NCBI GenBank assembly: GCA_029953675.1
Contig: JAMWBK010000009.1
Coordinates: forward strand, 1,426,001 to 1,490,000
Direction: 5' to 3'
From: Rhodosorus marinus CCMP1338
Lineage: Eukaryota; Plantae; Rhodophyta
Length of the DNA: 64,000 nucleotides
Below the pieces are notes generated by a model, which saw only the letters and a program-made list of their open reading frames with translations, was not told where the DNA came from and searched no databases. Position numbers and translations under genes: made by a program. Of the stretch, positions 50,192 to 62,446 are shown piece after piece. Each line of letters begins with the position of its first letter. The stretch's first letter is position 1.

Positions 50192-51609
50192 CTTTCCCCC
50201 CCAGAAAGCGAAACAGAGGCAAATTTGCTAATGAGGTTTGGACTTTGCGTTGAGGCTTTGATCCGTGCGATTCAAGCAACTCCAGCCAAACCACAGCTAC
50301 CCAATCCTTGTCATCTACAGTTCCCAGTTCTATCCTTCCCCTGATACAAACTCTCACTAGCCACTAGCACGAAGAAAACGAAAACCCTAAGAACCAAACG
50401 CCGCAGAATGTCCGCCCTCCAGCTCCCTTGTCGGGGGAAACGGATCCTGTTCGACGTTCTTGACGAAAAACCAAGAACTTCTACAGCCTGCCCTCACATA
50501 ACTCGCACATCCAATAGAAAAAGAAAATTCTTCCTCCAAACCTCCAGGCGCCGTCTCGCATTCCCCCCGCTCCTCGCTCACGAGGGAATCCCTAACCCCA
50601 AGCAGTAGGTTTTGTTTTCTTTTACCAAGCCAAACCCGCTCCAGCGGACTAAAAATTCACTACCACAAAGGATTCAAGAGTCCTCGACGAGAAAACCTCC
50701 TCTCCTATCCACACACAAACTCAACCACCCCCACAAAGCTTGCCTGCTTCCGCTTCATCCCCTCTCTCTGCCGATGCCCACAGAAGATCTCCCCGATCCA
50801 AATGGCTCCAGTACGATCCCCACCTCGAGCATAAATTTCAATACTATTTCACCGGGCATATCATGCTAAGCACGTTGGGATCGATCCTTTTAGTACTGGT
50901 TTTCTGTACTATTCGTACAAGTAAATATATTTGTTTTACTACTGTACGTTCTTTTCAGGGTGTGTGGGGTTGCATTTTAAACACCTCGTCGCTGAGTTTA
51001 ACGAACGGGAATCCATGCAGATCTTCTTTTGCAAATCGTTCATCTCAACTACAAAAGCCCTGGACCCGGGGGGGGGGAGGGGGCATACTCCCTTGAGCTC
51101 CGTACTATAAAAAGCCATGGAGGAAAGCGCGACGAGGCGTTAAAAGCTCAACTAGTAGAAAACAACAAAATCTTCCCTGTGGTCTTACTCCCAGTAGCCA
51201 TCCACACCGCAAAATACATTCTGAACACCACTCAAAACCCGTTCTTAGTCACCAAGAATGCAGACCATCTTCACTCTACAAACAGACCGCCAGCTCCCAA
51301 CGTCCCCTTCCATCCAACCAACCATAAAGACTGAAGAATCGTTTTAATTTCAGTAATTCACGGTATAATTGATTGAATATATCATATTTCTTTCAAATAC
51401 GTTTATTCTAGGTAGGAGTAGGGAGGGAGTTGGGGATATGACTTTTTCTTCCTCTTCCTCAGCAGCAGATTGCTTTTGGCCGGTGACGAGGGTGCTTATA
51501 ATAGCTAGCTCTTCTTCGCTGAGCAGGTTGATGAAGGAGGGGGAGTGATTTTGGGAAGGCGTGAGAAAATTTTGGATTTGGATTCTGGATTGAGGGTCAA
51601 GCCAAAAAA

Positions 51610-51937
51610 ATGGGGGGTGGTAATGGAATGAAGAGTAAGACGAAGAGGGACAGGAATTTGGCAAAGCAGCAGGGGAAGGGCGGGACATCTCAGCTTGCGA
51701 AGAATAAGGCGTCGATGAATATTGTATGTCAAGTGTGCAGGCAGGTGGGTTCAATGTTTGTCTGGAATTAGACTGTTTTTGTGCTGGTGAGTTGTTCGTT
51801 CCTGAGTGAGCTATCCCTTTTTTTTAATCTCCTTTCAGAGTTTTATGTGTACGCTTAGTGAGAAGTCTTTGCAGGAGCATGTCAACTCCAAGCATCCAAA
51901 GTCTGAGCTGAAAGAGTGTTTTACACACCTGGCGTAA
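51610..51937 (+). CDS. Small (77 aa) C2H2 zinc-finger protein, At2g23090/ZNF706-like; 2 exons
   Basis: Exons 51610-51744 and 51839-51937 give MGGGNGMKSKTKRDRNLAKQQGKGGTSQLAKNKASMNIVCQVCRQ/SFMCTLSEKSLQEHVNSKHPKSELKECFTHLA*. It is missed by the ORF track because it is split. Confidence 0.9.
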
Positions 51938-52109
51938 GGAGCAGCAATGAAGGTGCGCGGTGGGGCTGGGGACCATGTCCTTTGCTATTGGACACGAGGT
52001 TTTCTTATGATTTATACACTTATGCTAGTAAAAGTGTCCTAACTTTCGGCTTGTTAACGAAAAAAAATTTAGTTGGGGGCTCGCGAAGTTTTTAAGCCCA
52101 GCATCGATG

Positions 52110-54812
52110 TCATCGATGGCTTTTGACCGTCCGCTGCTGAAGGTTTTCCATCGAGCGAGCAAAGTCGGACTTCGATACAAGAAGAGGCGAGGAGTTTCGA
52201 CGAACCGTCCAGCTCACTGCTTCCCTACAGAATCCAGCAATCTCTGCACCTGAACATCCTTCTGTCAGCTCGGCGAGCTCTGCAAGATTCACCTCCTCGG
52301 AAACATCCACGTGCCGCGTGTGTATTTTGAAGATCTCGTAACGGACTTCCACATTCGGAAGCTCAACTGCAACAATCTTGTCAAACCGCCCGGGCCTCAA
52401 CAATGCCTCATCGATATCGTCCATACGATTCGTAGCACCCACTACAAGTACGCCAATCGATTGATGAACGCCATCCATCTCCGTCAGCAGTGTTGACAGA
52501 ACACGCTCGCGGACAGAATTGCCCTCGTCAGCACCACCCCGCTTTCCTACCAGTGCATCCAGTTCATCGATAAACAACACACACGGGGAAGCTGCCCTCG
52601 CCTTCTCGAAAACCTCCCGCAAGGTACTGCCGGAACGAAACGAAAAGATTTCATTTGTGAGCTTCCCGGAGGTGCAACAACAAAACCAGAAATGCTCAAT
52701 CATCGTCATGCTCCTTCGGATGGCTCATCAAACAAGTCGGCAAGCTCCGAGTGCGAGAAAAACTCCAGAGGAGAAGACCAGAATATTGGCGGAGCTCCCG
52801 GAACACATCTGAACAATCTGAAAATTTTGTCAGATATTTCTTACCTTTCTGCCTCACCAAGATAACAAGAGTAAAGCTCCGCCCCTGAGAGAGACACACA
52901 CGCAGCTCCGCTTTCTGAAACTGCCGCTCGCACCTTAATTACCCTCAAAAAGATATCACGGTCATTCATAACGCTTCAGTCGGAATCTTTCTGGTAAGGT
53001 TTTCTTACCAGTGAGGTCTTGCTAGTCCCTGGCGGTCCATGTAGTAAGATCCCTCTCGATGGTCTCTGGAGTCGAAACGAAAATTAAAAACGGGTAAGGT
53101 TTCCACCCCTACTACCTTTCGTCCAGCGTTGTAATGCATCCATCGACTGTCAGAATGGGATGGCACATCTTACAATCCCGAGCCTTCGACAAGTTTCCTT
53201 GTACTTTGTAGGCCACTCTAGCGCGATCTTTAGATACTTTTTAGCCTTCTCGGCACCACCGATGTCGGCCCAGGTTGTTCTTTGTTGAAATTCAGTTCTG
53301 TATGGTCCTCGGAGGGTTGAGGCCGATATTTTGGTCAGCGCAACATCGACATGAGGCTTTCGGAGGCGCCTGTCCCCGCTTCGAGACTTGATCAAGCTCG
53401 CTTCAGAAATCAGAGCTGCCAAGTCTGCTGCGACAAAGCCAACAGTTGCCGACGCGATATAAGAAGCGATCTCCGGATCCTCGACAAGCTCGCTGACTAC
53501 CGCGAGCCGCACCTCTTCACCTCCAACTTCCAGTTTTAGCTCATAGTCAAATCTACCAGGTCTGCGCAAGGCAAAGTCGATCTCATTAGGCCGGTTCGTC
53601 GCACCAACGACTAGAATCCTAGCGGAGTTTGTCATGCCGTCCATCAGTCCAAGAAGCTGTGGGACAGCTGCGCTGTCCGCGGAAGCCTTGCCACTTCTCC
53701 TCCCACAGATTGAATCGAGCTCATCTAAGAGGATCATAGACGTGCGACCATCTTTTGACTGGGCATGGTCGCTGGCCTGCTGAAAGATCTGCCTCAAGCG
53801 TTTCTCGACCCCACCAGAAACTGCGGATGGGCTAGAATCGGGGCCACAGGGGTCGAAGCGGAAGAGCTTCGAGCCAACTGAGGCTGCCGCTTGTATCACG
53901 GCGCTAGTCTTTCCAACGCCAGGAGGACCACTGATGAGCACTCCTTTCGGAGGCGATGATCCCAGTTCCCTCATCGCTGTCGCTGAGAGGTTGAAGATTT
54001 CAGTTAGAAATTCGTGCGCTTTCAAGTTACACTGAAGCCTTTGAAACGTTTGAAAAGAAAACGCCACTAAACAGTCAGAGGGAGCGTTCAAACGAGACAA
54101 GCCGAAAAAAAAAAAAGGGGCGGCGTTGAAGTCCGGGAGCTTCTACCTTGGCTGAATAGATGGAGAAAACGATAGTTCTTGATCTCTGAAGGCGGTGTCC
54201 GCGGTGACCTTAAGCCATTCACTATCTCCAAGAATCTCTACCCGACACCTTCCAGACCCGGAATCTCCTAGGCGAACGTGTAAAATGCCTGCTGGTAGGG
54301 AAACATCTGCGCAGAGTAGGAAAGAGCGGAGTCTCGCTCGTTCTATTGCAGAAATATTGGTGGGCAGTCGGACGGAAATTGCGTCTCCAATTTTGCTCGT
54401 CTCGACTGTTTCAATGGAGATTCCGTCCTGGCCGGTTGACGCTTCTTTCTTTTGGAATTCATCGCTGAGAGATATAAAACACCCTTTCCTATCTGAAGCA
54501 GCTACTTTACAGATGGTCGCTATATCTGATAGCAGGCCGTGGACGCAAACGGTCTGTCCGACCACGAGTTCATGTTTTCTGATGAGGTCGGAGGGCAATC
54601 GTACTCGTGCCTATCAACGATAACACAGAGCCGGTAAAAAAAACAAACAGAACCGATTTGTCAGGAATTCCGAAAGTCGCTTTCCCCCAAAAGCTCATCA
54701 ACCGACGAGCGAAGCGCGTAGAATTCATCCAGAACTGCCATCTGCTTACCGATCCTAAATCCTCATCTAAACATTTGCGAACGTCGTTGAAGCTTTCATC
54801 TAGAACACCCAT
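52110..54812 (-). CDS. Type II AAA+ ATPase, AFG2/SPATA5 family (likely AFG2B/SPATA5L1/CDC48B-like); multi-exon
   Basis: D1: GVLISGPPGVGKT, ILLDELDSI, GATNRPNEIDFALRRPGRFD. D2: TWADIGG, GILLHGPPGTSKTSL/VRAA, LSGAELYSCYLGEAER, LFIDELDAL, RERVLSTLLTEMDG, ALLRPGRFD. Start MGVLDESF at 54812. Confidence 0.85.
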
Positions 54813-55491
54813 TCCAGCTCAAACGAGGAGTTCATCGTTTATACACACATATCTCCAAAAGATTAGCTCAGGCCCTATACCTCCTATGTCACCCTCCTCA
54901 TCCGGTTCAGAACCACGCTTAGACAGCCAGCGACAATCGCCGTTCGGTACAGATGTCAAGTACCAAGCTTCACCTCTAGCGCTCCATTTAGACTAGAGTT
55001 TCACTCTCTAACTTCGCTAATGTCTTGGCGTTAGGCCGTCGAGGAACTGGCGCAGCAAACCATTTAAGAGTACTAGAAGTAGAAGCGAGGAGGTTTTGGG
55101 CTCGGGGAGCTCTGCTTAGCTGCCCCAACTTGGTTTTCGTCAATGGACGCGGGTTACTGGAAACAAAACCGTTAAGAAATGAATTGATCTGGGATTTTGC
55201 GAAAGAGGATCGTTTTATTGGGAGCTTGGCAGCAAATCTAGCTAGAGTCGGGTCCGCTCAAAATGAGAAGTACCTGTCCATTTTGATCACCTACATGTGC
55301 GCTGCTTCTCTTCCACAGAGTATGTGTGTTCACAGTGTACTTTGGCGTGAATCGTCCGTTGCTCTTGTCATCCTCGCCCACGAAAAATAAACACATGTGG
55401 TCGGCTTTCACACGTTTCTCTGGTCCTGCACTGATAAGCTTCGTTTCCGTTGCGTTCTGCTCGCGAGAAATACTTCCTTTGGTATCAACCC

Positions 55492-57034
55492 CTATGCTGC
55501 TTGGCTCGTTAAGTCTCTAATCGACCTAAGAGTTTCTGTGAAGCCTTGTCCGTGCTTGTAGTCCATGAACCCTTCGGTACCGTCGTCCACTATGTCGGTG
55601 ATTTCAAGGTCTTCGACGTCGTTGAGAAGTTCGAATTCCTCGCTTTCGCATTCCTAGTGATTCGCGAGCGAAGGGCAATGAGGCATAACCGAGCCGGTCA
55701 GAAGATATACTGTGAGGAGGGGTTGGATTTAAACCTGGAATCTTACCTTCACAACCTCATTGAGCATCTGCCTCACGCTTTCCTCGGATTGTATGCACAC
55801 ACTGCTCTCTCCTTCAGCCTGAGTGAGCAGCTCTTCCGGCAGATGCCTTCTCATCTGTTTTGCAAGGCGCTCCGCAGTTATTCTCTCGTTCGGCTCTGGC
55901 ACGAAAATGCTTCTCAGCAGAGATCTCAATTCAGGTGAATACGTTTTCGGCACTCGATATCTGAAAAAGTACAAACGAGCGACCGGAGGGGGGCAACCAG
56001 TTCAGTAAGACATTGCATCCGATATTTCCAACATGGAAGAGCTTCTCGTACTCAACGTTTAGGATCCTCTCTGCAGTTTTAACGTTGTTCATTGGGTCCT
56101 TCGGGTGCTCAAATGGATAGGCCATCAGTGTCATGGCGTAAAGGGTTACGCCGGCTGCCCACATATCCACGCTCGCCCCGTCATATCGACAGGATTCCTT
56201 CTCCAAGACCTAACACATGCACGCAAAAGCTTAATTTTCCCAAGCAGGAGCTTGGGCGGGGCGGGGGTTGCTCATTCGATGATATCATACCTCCGGCGCA
56301 ACGTAGGTGAAGGTTCCCGCTACAGTCTTACACATGGAGTCAATGCCAACTCTCTTGGAAAACCCAAAGTCGCAGAGTTTTACTTTCGGATTGTTGCCAT
56401 CTCCACTGAGGAGCACGTTTTCAAGCTTGATGTCCCGATGAGCGACCCCCTTTGCGTGCATGTACGCCAGACCTAAAGTTTCGTTCCGATTCATGCTATG
56501 AGCTCAAAGAGTCTCCAAGCGTACACAGAAGGAGCAAGTAGTGCTGGTCTAATTACCTTCGACGAGCTGATAAAATACCCAAAAGGCTTCCTCGTCGTTC
56601 AGTCCCTTTCTCTCAAACACATACTCGAACAGGTCACCGCGGTCAGCAGCCTCCATGATGATTGCAATAAAAGTCTTCGTCAAACGGAGCTCAATAAACC
56701 GCGCAATGGAAGGGTGCTGCAACTGCTGGTGAATGAGAATTTCCCGAAAGACGTAAGGGGAAAAATCCGACTTCGCCATGTACTTTATCGCCACCTACGC
56801 CAGCAGAACGGCAGAACGGCAGAACGGCAGAACGCAGAGGAACGGAAAACCCCTCTCAGTTTCGCCAAACCTATCGTCTCCAAAATCCGCCTCCCACTTC
56901 TCAAAACCTACCTTGTTCCCATTCCGTTTGTCGACAGCAAGGAACGCCTTCCCAAACGTCCCACTCCCAAGAAACCGTGTTGGAACATAGTCCGCAAGCT
57001 CCATATCCTCCTCAAATGTCCCATCATCACCCAT
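55492..57034 (-). CDS. SnRK2: SnRK2-like Ser/Thr kinase with SnRK2 box and acidic tail; multi-exon
   Basis: Motifs: LGSGTFG, VAIKYM, FREILIHQQLQHPSIARFIELRLTKTFIAIIME, HRDIKLEN, VKLCDFGFSK, YDGASVDMW, AYPFEHPKDPMNNVKTAERILNVEY, IFVPEPNERIT, QSEESVRQMLNEV. The last exon (55492-55653) is acidic: ECESEEFELLNDVEDLEITDIVDDGTE. Confidence 0.85.
56803..56834. repeat. 8-nt microsatellite (gcagaacg)x4 near the 3' end of intron 1 of the kinase
   Basis: Four exact consecutive copies at 56803, 56811, 56819 and 56827. Confidence 0.9.
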
Positions 57035-59343
57035 CCTGCAAAAAAAACACCAAACCCTTTAAAAAAAGGTCACCCTCCCCCTCCCTCCCCCCAATCCAAC
57101 CACCACCCACCCACCACCCACCCAGACCACCAAAAGAAGCTTAGAAGAGCTCCCCTTCAAACCTCCCCCAAACCCATAATCCCAAACCAACCTCCCCTTG
57201 CTTAACCAATATATCATATACACAACCAAAGTCAATGCGCGAACCCACACCCAGAGAACATAAAACTACCTCCAACTCCTTCCTTTCAACCTTTCACCCT
57301 GCATGGGTTTTGAAAGCCTTTTTTAGGATTAGGATCCTAAAACGTTTCTCTGCTTGACAGTACAAAACTAATGAGTAAAATTCAATACCCCACCCTTTTC
57401 AACTTTTTTTTTTTTTTTACCACGGTAGTTGTGTAGCCATTCACTTCTTCCTCCCCCCTCCCCCCCCTCTATGGAAAGATAAACCAAATAATAACGTCCT
57501 AACGGAATTTTTTCGGGGTTATGAATCTCTTTTACCTGCTCTTGCATTATTTTTATACTTCGGGTATCCAGTTGTTTGCTTTTGAGCTTACCCCTTGGAT
57601 TTTTGAAGTGGTTGAACCAGCAATGTGGGTTTGGGTTTGGACTTTGGGGAGGGTGGGTTGGGGACACTTCTCATGACTGGCTGAGAGGAAGAAGGTTAGC
57701 TGCGTGAGGAAGAGTAATGGCCCGACTGGATGAGTATATGTTAGAGGTTCAGCAGGGAGAGGATCTGCGGATGGCCTCAGGTGGATAGACTGAGAGGTTT
57801 GGTTCACCGGTAGGGCAAGAGACAGGACTGCGTCGTCCTGATTGAGATTGTACGTAAGCCGCCATACATAAAACGGGTCAAGATCGGTTGATTTACCACT
57901 AAACGAACAGAGTGGAGAAAGAGGAGCAAACTGAGGCCCTGAAAAATCCCAGCCAAGTACCACCGTACGGCCGCGCGTGTACGACGTCAATCGGAACCTC
58001 TCTGCTTAGTTCAACTCTTACGGTCCGTTTTAACTGACTGTTGTATCCATGCACATCCCCATCAACCAATCTCGTTTTAAATTGGGGCATAACCAGCCCC
58101 CAGGGTTGGCGCAAAAGCTGCCCCCAAAACAGACAATTGACAAGATCCTACGTTCCCACCCCTCCAACCGCTCCCACCCCTCCAGTACATTCACTTCCAT
58201 TCTATTATTATACAAGCCGCATTCTACAGCCATCAACCCCACCCCCTATCACTTCAAACTATAAATAAAAGTTTATAAAGATTGTCCCCCTTTCATTTTG
58301 GAGGGCGGAAACAAAGCCCTTCTGAAAACTATATTATTGGAACAAGTCGTTCTTCTATTTAGTATTTCTTAGTACAGATTCTACTTTTTTTTGGTTCATG
58401 GGTTCGAGATATGTTTTGTCTGGTGGAGATAAATGAGTAGGTTTAGGAATTTTGGGATATTCTAGACTTTCTTGCCAATTATTGATCTAGATTTGTGCAA
58501 GTCGAGTAGAGGTGGATTTTTTTTTGGCCATCGGTCGGTGGGGATTCCATCGGCGTGCGTGTGAGAGTTTGTGGAGGCAAGGGGGATGAATTCGGAGTGT
58601 AGATTGTGAGTCGAATACGTGTCATAGTACGGTCCATACGTCTGTTAAGCCTCGAGTGTCTGTATAATCACCTCGATTGTTTTTCTGAAGCATAGACATG
58701 GCCTCCCAAAAAAACACTCTGAAGTCGCCTACCTGATGGCATTTCTGCAGAGCAAATACAGAGGTCAAAACGTTGTGAAATGGAAAGAGCTACGACGGTG
58801 ATCATGATATTGTGTTCTTATCACCGCGCTCAGCGGGGAGGAATACATTCCACCGGAGCACAGAGATGACAAGACAATGCAACGAGGGATCAAGTAACGA
58901 ATCTTGTCATAACATCGTCACAGGCAGCAAACGTTCATCAGATGAGCTACGATCCTGCGTAGGTGTGTACACAAAACGACGCGCTATATGGCAAAGTTGT
59001 CCAGCAGAGCTTCCAACAAAAGTGCTTATCCACAATCTTTTGTCCAATGAATACGTAGAAAAAACTTTCCAACGAAATTAATTGGTTAGATTAGTAGTTT
59101 GTACGTAAATATTAACTTAATTGGTTATTATATATTCCAATAGCACTTATGTAATGATGATTGGTTGCTGACCAACGGATATTTGCTCGATTGGAATTGG
59201 TGGGGTTCGTGATTGGGGGCGTTGAGTCTTTGGGTCCTTTGGCGAAGGAAGGCGCAGTTTAGACAACAAGGCATCTGGTGCTTCCGCCTAGGTATCTGGA
59301 ATCTTCAATGGATAAGGGATGTGCTTAGGTCATTGAAGTCTAT

Positions 59344-61272
59344 ATGAGGATTGTAACCTGGAATGTGAACTCTGTGCGTCCGTTTCGAGAGAGATTTAAG
59401 AGTGTTCTGGACGGCTTTGATGCGGATATTGTTTGTCTGCAGGAGACGAAACTGAATAGGAATGGATTGGAGGAAGAGTTCGCAGTTCCAGAGGGATATG
59501 ATGCCTTCTACGCGTTCTCTGAGTCGGTCTCCGGATACTCAGGGGTAGCCACGTTCGCGTCCAGAACGAGGTCAACGTTTGCTGTTCCGTTGACGGGCGA
59601 GGCGGGACTCTTAGGCTCTCTGGGGGCAGAGATGACTTTCCATGAAGTAATAAATCCCACTTATGATCAATAAGATCGCATCGGCGATCACCAGCTCAGC
59701 AAAAACGCGACTTGCTCTCTTGTTTCTGCGCAGGGCGACGGGTTCACTGAAGAAGAACTAGGAACAATGGATATGGAAGGACGAGTGATGGTGACTGACC
59801 ACGGGCCTTTTGTTCTTATCAACGTTTATGTTCCATCCACTGGATCACTGGAAAGGTTCGACTTCAAGTTGCGTTTCTGCCTAGCCCTTCAACGGAGAAT
59901 TGAGGCGATTCGCGCGGCTGGGTAAGTTGAAACTTTCAAGAAGCGGGCTCACGTGATTTCAGACTTTCCAGTCTAACTGAAGACAAAGCATTCGTCTGCT
60001 ATAGTCGCACAGTTGTCCTGGTCGGTGATCTCAATATTTCGTACCTGAAAATTGACCATTGCGCACCAGAGAAGGAGGTCAGAAACGTAACCGGCTGGTA
60101 TACCCACCCCGCAAGACACTGGTTGAGAAGCATGCTTCGCCTTGGGGGAGGTCACCTAGAAGACGCGTTTCGAGTACTCTATCCGACTGAACCACAAGCT
60201 TTTACTTGCTGGAGCCAGAAGACATCCGCGAGGGAGACCAACTACGGGGTGCGGATTGATCATATCCTAATAGATGAGCACCTGGTAGAAGCGCTGGCGG
60301 ACAGCGCTATATTGTCTGTACGCTACAAACTGGATCATTCCATGGTGTTAAAGCCTATTGACGCGGTCTGATGGTCTTCTGACAGAGAATCTAATTTCAT
60401 GGTTTGCAGGAAGTTACTGGAAGCGATCATTGCCCAGTGAGAGTAGACCTCCGGGAAGTCGCATGGTCTGATAGGCCGAAGGAGTGTAGGCCCTCACCTC
60501 CAGGATGCGCAAAGTATCTTCCGGAGCTTGGCAGGAGGAGGCAGCTGAGCCTCGCAGAATTTGTCGTACCTGGAAAGAAAGAAATAGGGCAAAAACGGCC
60601 GAAACCGGCTTCAGGTATGAGCTTGAAAACGGCAGAAAAATAGTTTGTTCTTTTCTGAGAGCTCGTTGCGGGCCTTACGTTGATGTGGTGATGTACCGTT
60701 TCTGCAGAAGAAATGAACAAGACCCTTCGGCAAGCCAAACTGGTGAAACTCTTTCCGACCTGTGAGGGTGACTCACGCTCTAGGCGCACGGTAGAGAATG
60801 TTCGAGTGAAACCGCGGCGCTTGGAGACACGAGGCGAGAACGGGGTTGGGTCGGGCAACAAGACCAGCGCACGAACTGAGAACGCGAACGCATGGAAGAA
60901 ACTACTAACAGGTATACGAGCAGGTTACTTACCGGGGGGAGTGGAACGGACAGATTTCCCGGTTCCGTTCTAACAGCTCGTTTTTCGATGATGCTACCAG
61001 GTCCACGACCACCACCGGTCTGTAAGAAGCACGGGGAGAAGACGGTCCTTCGTGAGGTGAAGAAGGAAGGGGCGAACAAAGGCAGGCGTTTTTTTGTCTG
61101 CAATAGACCCGAGGGCTTGCCTAACAATCCAAAGTAAGGAATGCTCAAAGTATCATAGTTCAGGAGAGACAATGGTTCGTATCGTGACCACGCAGGCCTT
61201 CGATTGCTGACTTCAACATGATCTGCACTTTTCACGCACAGGTCGAGATGCAACTACTTCGAATGGTACTAA
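59344..61272 (+). CDS. APE2: AP endonuclease 2 (ExoIII domain + PIP-like box + GRF zinc finger); multi-exon
   Basis: Motifs: MRIVTWNVN, ADIVCLQETK, SGYSGVATF, EGRVMVTDH, LINVYVP, VGDLNISYLKIDHC, FTCW...ARETNYGVRIDHIL, GSDHCPV, RQLSLAEFV, CKKHGEKTVLREVKKEGANKGRRFFVCNRP...RCNYFEW*. Confidence 0.93.
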
Positions 61273-61300
61273 GCCATAGGCTACTGGCATATTCCCTTAT

Positions 61301-61960
61301 TGTAATTTAATGTTCTTAGCTCTTCAAAGAGTAACGCTCTTTAGTGGCCACGAACGTCTTGCCTCTTTTGTCTTTTGAGGTCAATTAAGAAGTATCTGAT
61401 GGAAGCTTGAATGGCCCCTATCTACGTAAGGTACAAGTCCATTGACTTTCTTGAGAAGTGCTTGGTTGTCCCTTCAGTGTTGGACGGAGTTCCACTTTCG
61501 GCGAAGGGAACTCCAACGACCAGTACTCCACGGGCGAGGCGAATTGCTCATGCTCTTCCGAAAGAATCAAACGGCTGGACATATCTGCTACCTCATGACT
61601 CTGCTTGATTCTACAATCCTCAAAGATGCAAGCCTTTCCGCTGGTCACTCCCTTGATTTTATTTAATAGTGAGCCGTCAATGGAGCAATTTGCCCGAACA
61701 ACCGTCTGCTATCCGAATTAATCTCCATGCTACCATCCAAAGCAGTTAAATTCTGTTTGAACATCTAGGAACCGTTAGCAATCTCAAAAGCCTTTACAGC
61801 TCCTGCGAAACCAATATTTCCATAATCAGCAGCAACCATGGCGTTCTGTCACATCGAAACTAAGCCCCGAATAAAGGAGCTTCAAGGTTCCTCATCCAGG
61901 AGCATCCTGATCCCACAGACATCTGCTTCTGTCCCCAGAACATTCATCTTACAAAAGCAA
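61301..61960 (-). pseudogene. Decayed, internally deleted tandem paralog of the adjacent FG-GAP gene
   Basis: Three colinear blocks align: about 61301-61460 to 62333-62500 (3' flank and C-terminus), about 61475-61540 to 63325-63385, and about 61545-61960 to 63560-63990. The translation EEP*SSFIRGLVSM*QNAMVAADYG...GAVKAFEIANGS*MFKQNL compares with EEVPETSFFGAYVSIWQNSMVAAYYG...GAVRVYEIVNGAWMLKQKL. Confidence 0.85.
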
Positions 61961-62446
61961 GCGAAGGAGCGGTGGAGGGGAAGCAGCTGGCTGGCCCTCC
62001 TACAAAAAAAACCAAAAAATCGAGTCCTCCTCAGTTTCTTCAGTTCCTTCCTTCCCTCTTTCTTTCGGCCTCTACTATCGCGCGATGAAGACCCATTGAT
62101 CATCCGAGGTAGTGAAAAAACAGCGTTAAGTCGGGTAAGTTTTGTCAGTAAAACCATTGTAAAGAATTTTCAAATTTTTAGACAAGTACGTGTGTTTGTT
62201 TTTGAGCTCCAGACTCCGAAAAGCTAGGCCTTCGGAACCCAGGCTTCTACCGAGTGTGGGTATTTTACACGCAGGGCGAGACGCAAGTACTACGAATGAC
62301 ATGGGGGATAGATTACGTGCAGGATGTCTCACTGTAGTTTAATATTCTTAGCTCTTCAAGGAATGCGTTCCTTCGAGGCCAGAAGCTTGTGACCTCCTCT
62401 GACTAGGATTAATTAAGAGTATCTCTCATGCAAGCTTGAACAGCAC

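Noticed and set aside
50382-50390. Telo-box-like aaaccctaa upstream of ADK
   Set aside because: A single short match with no supporting context.
52627-52843. Extra exon or duplicated motif (VFRELRQ) inside the long AAA intron
   Set aside because: Its phase is incompatible with the flanking exons, which join directly as EAER/STLREVF.
58400-59100. ORF 58812-59081 and surrounding sequence as a gene
   Set aside because: Starts at a TTG, has no motifs and no splice model.
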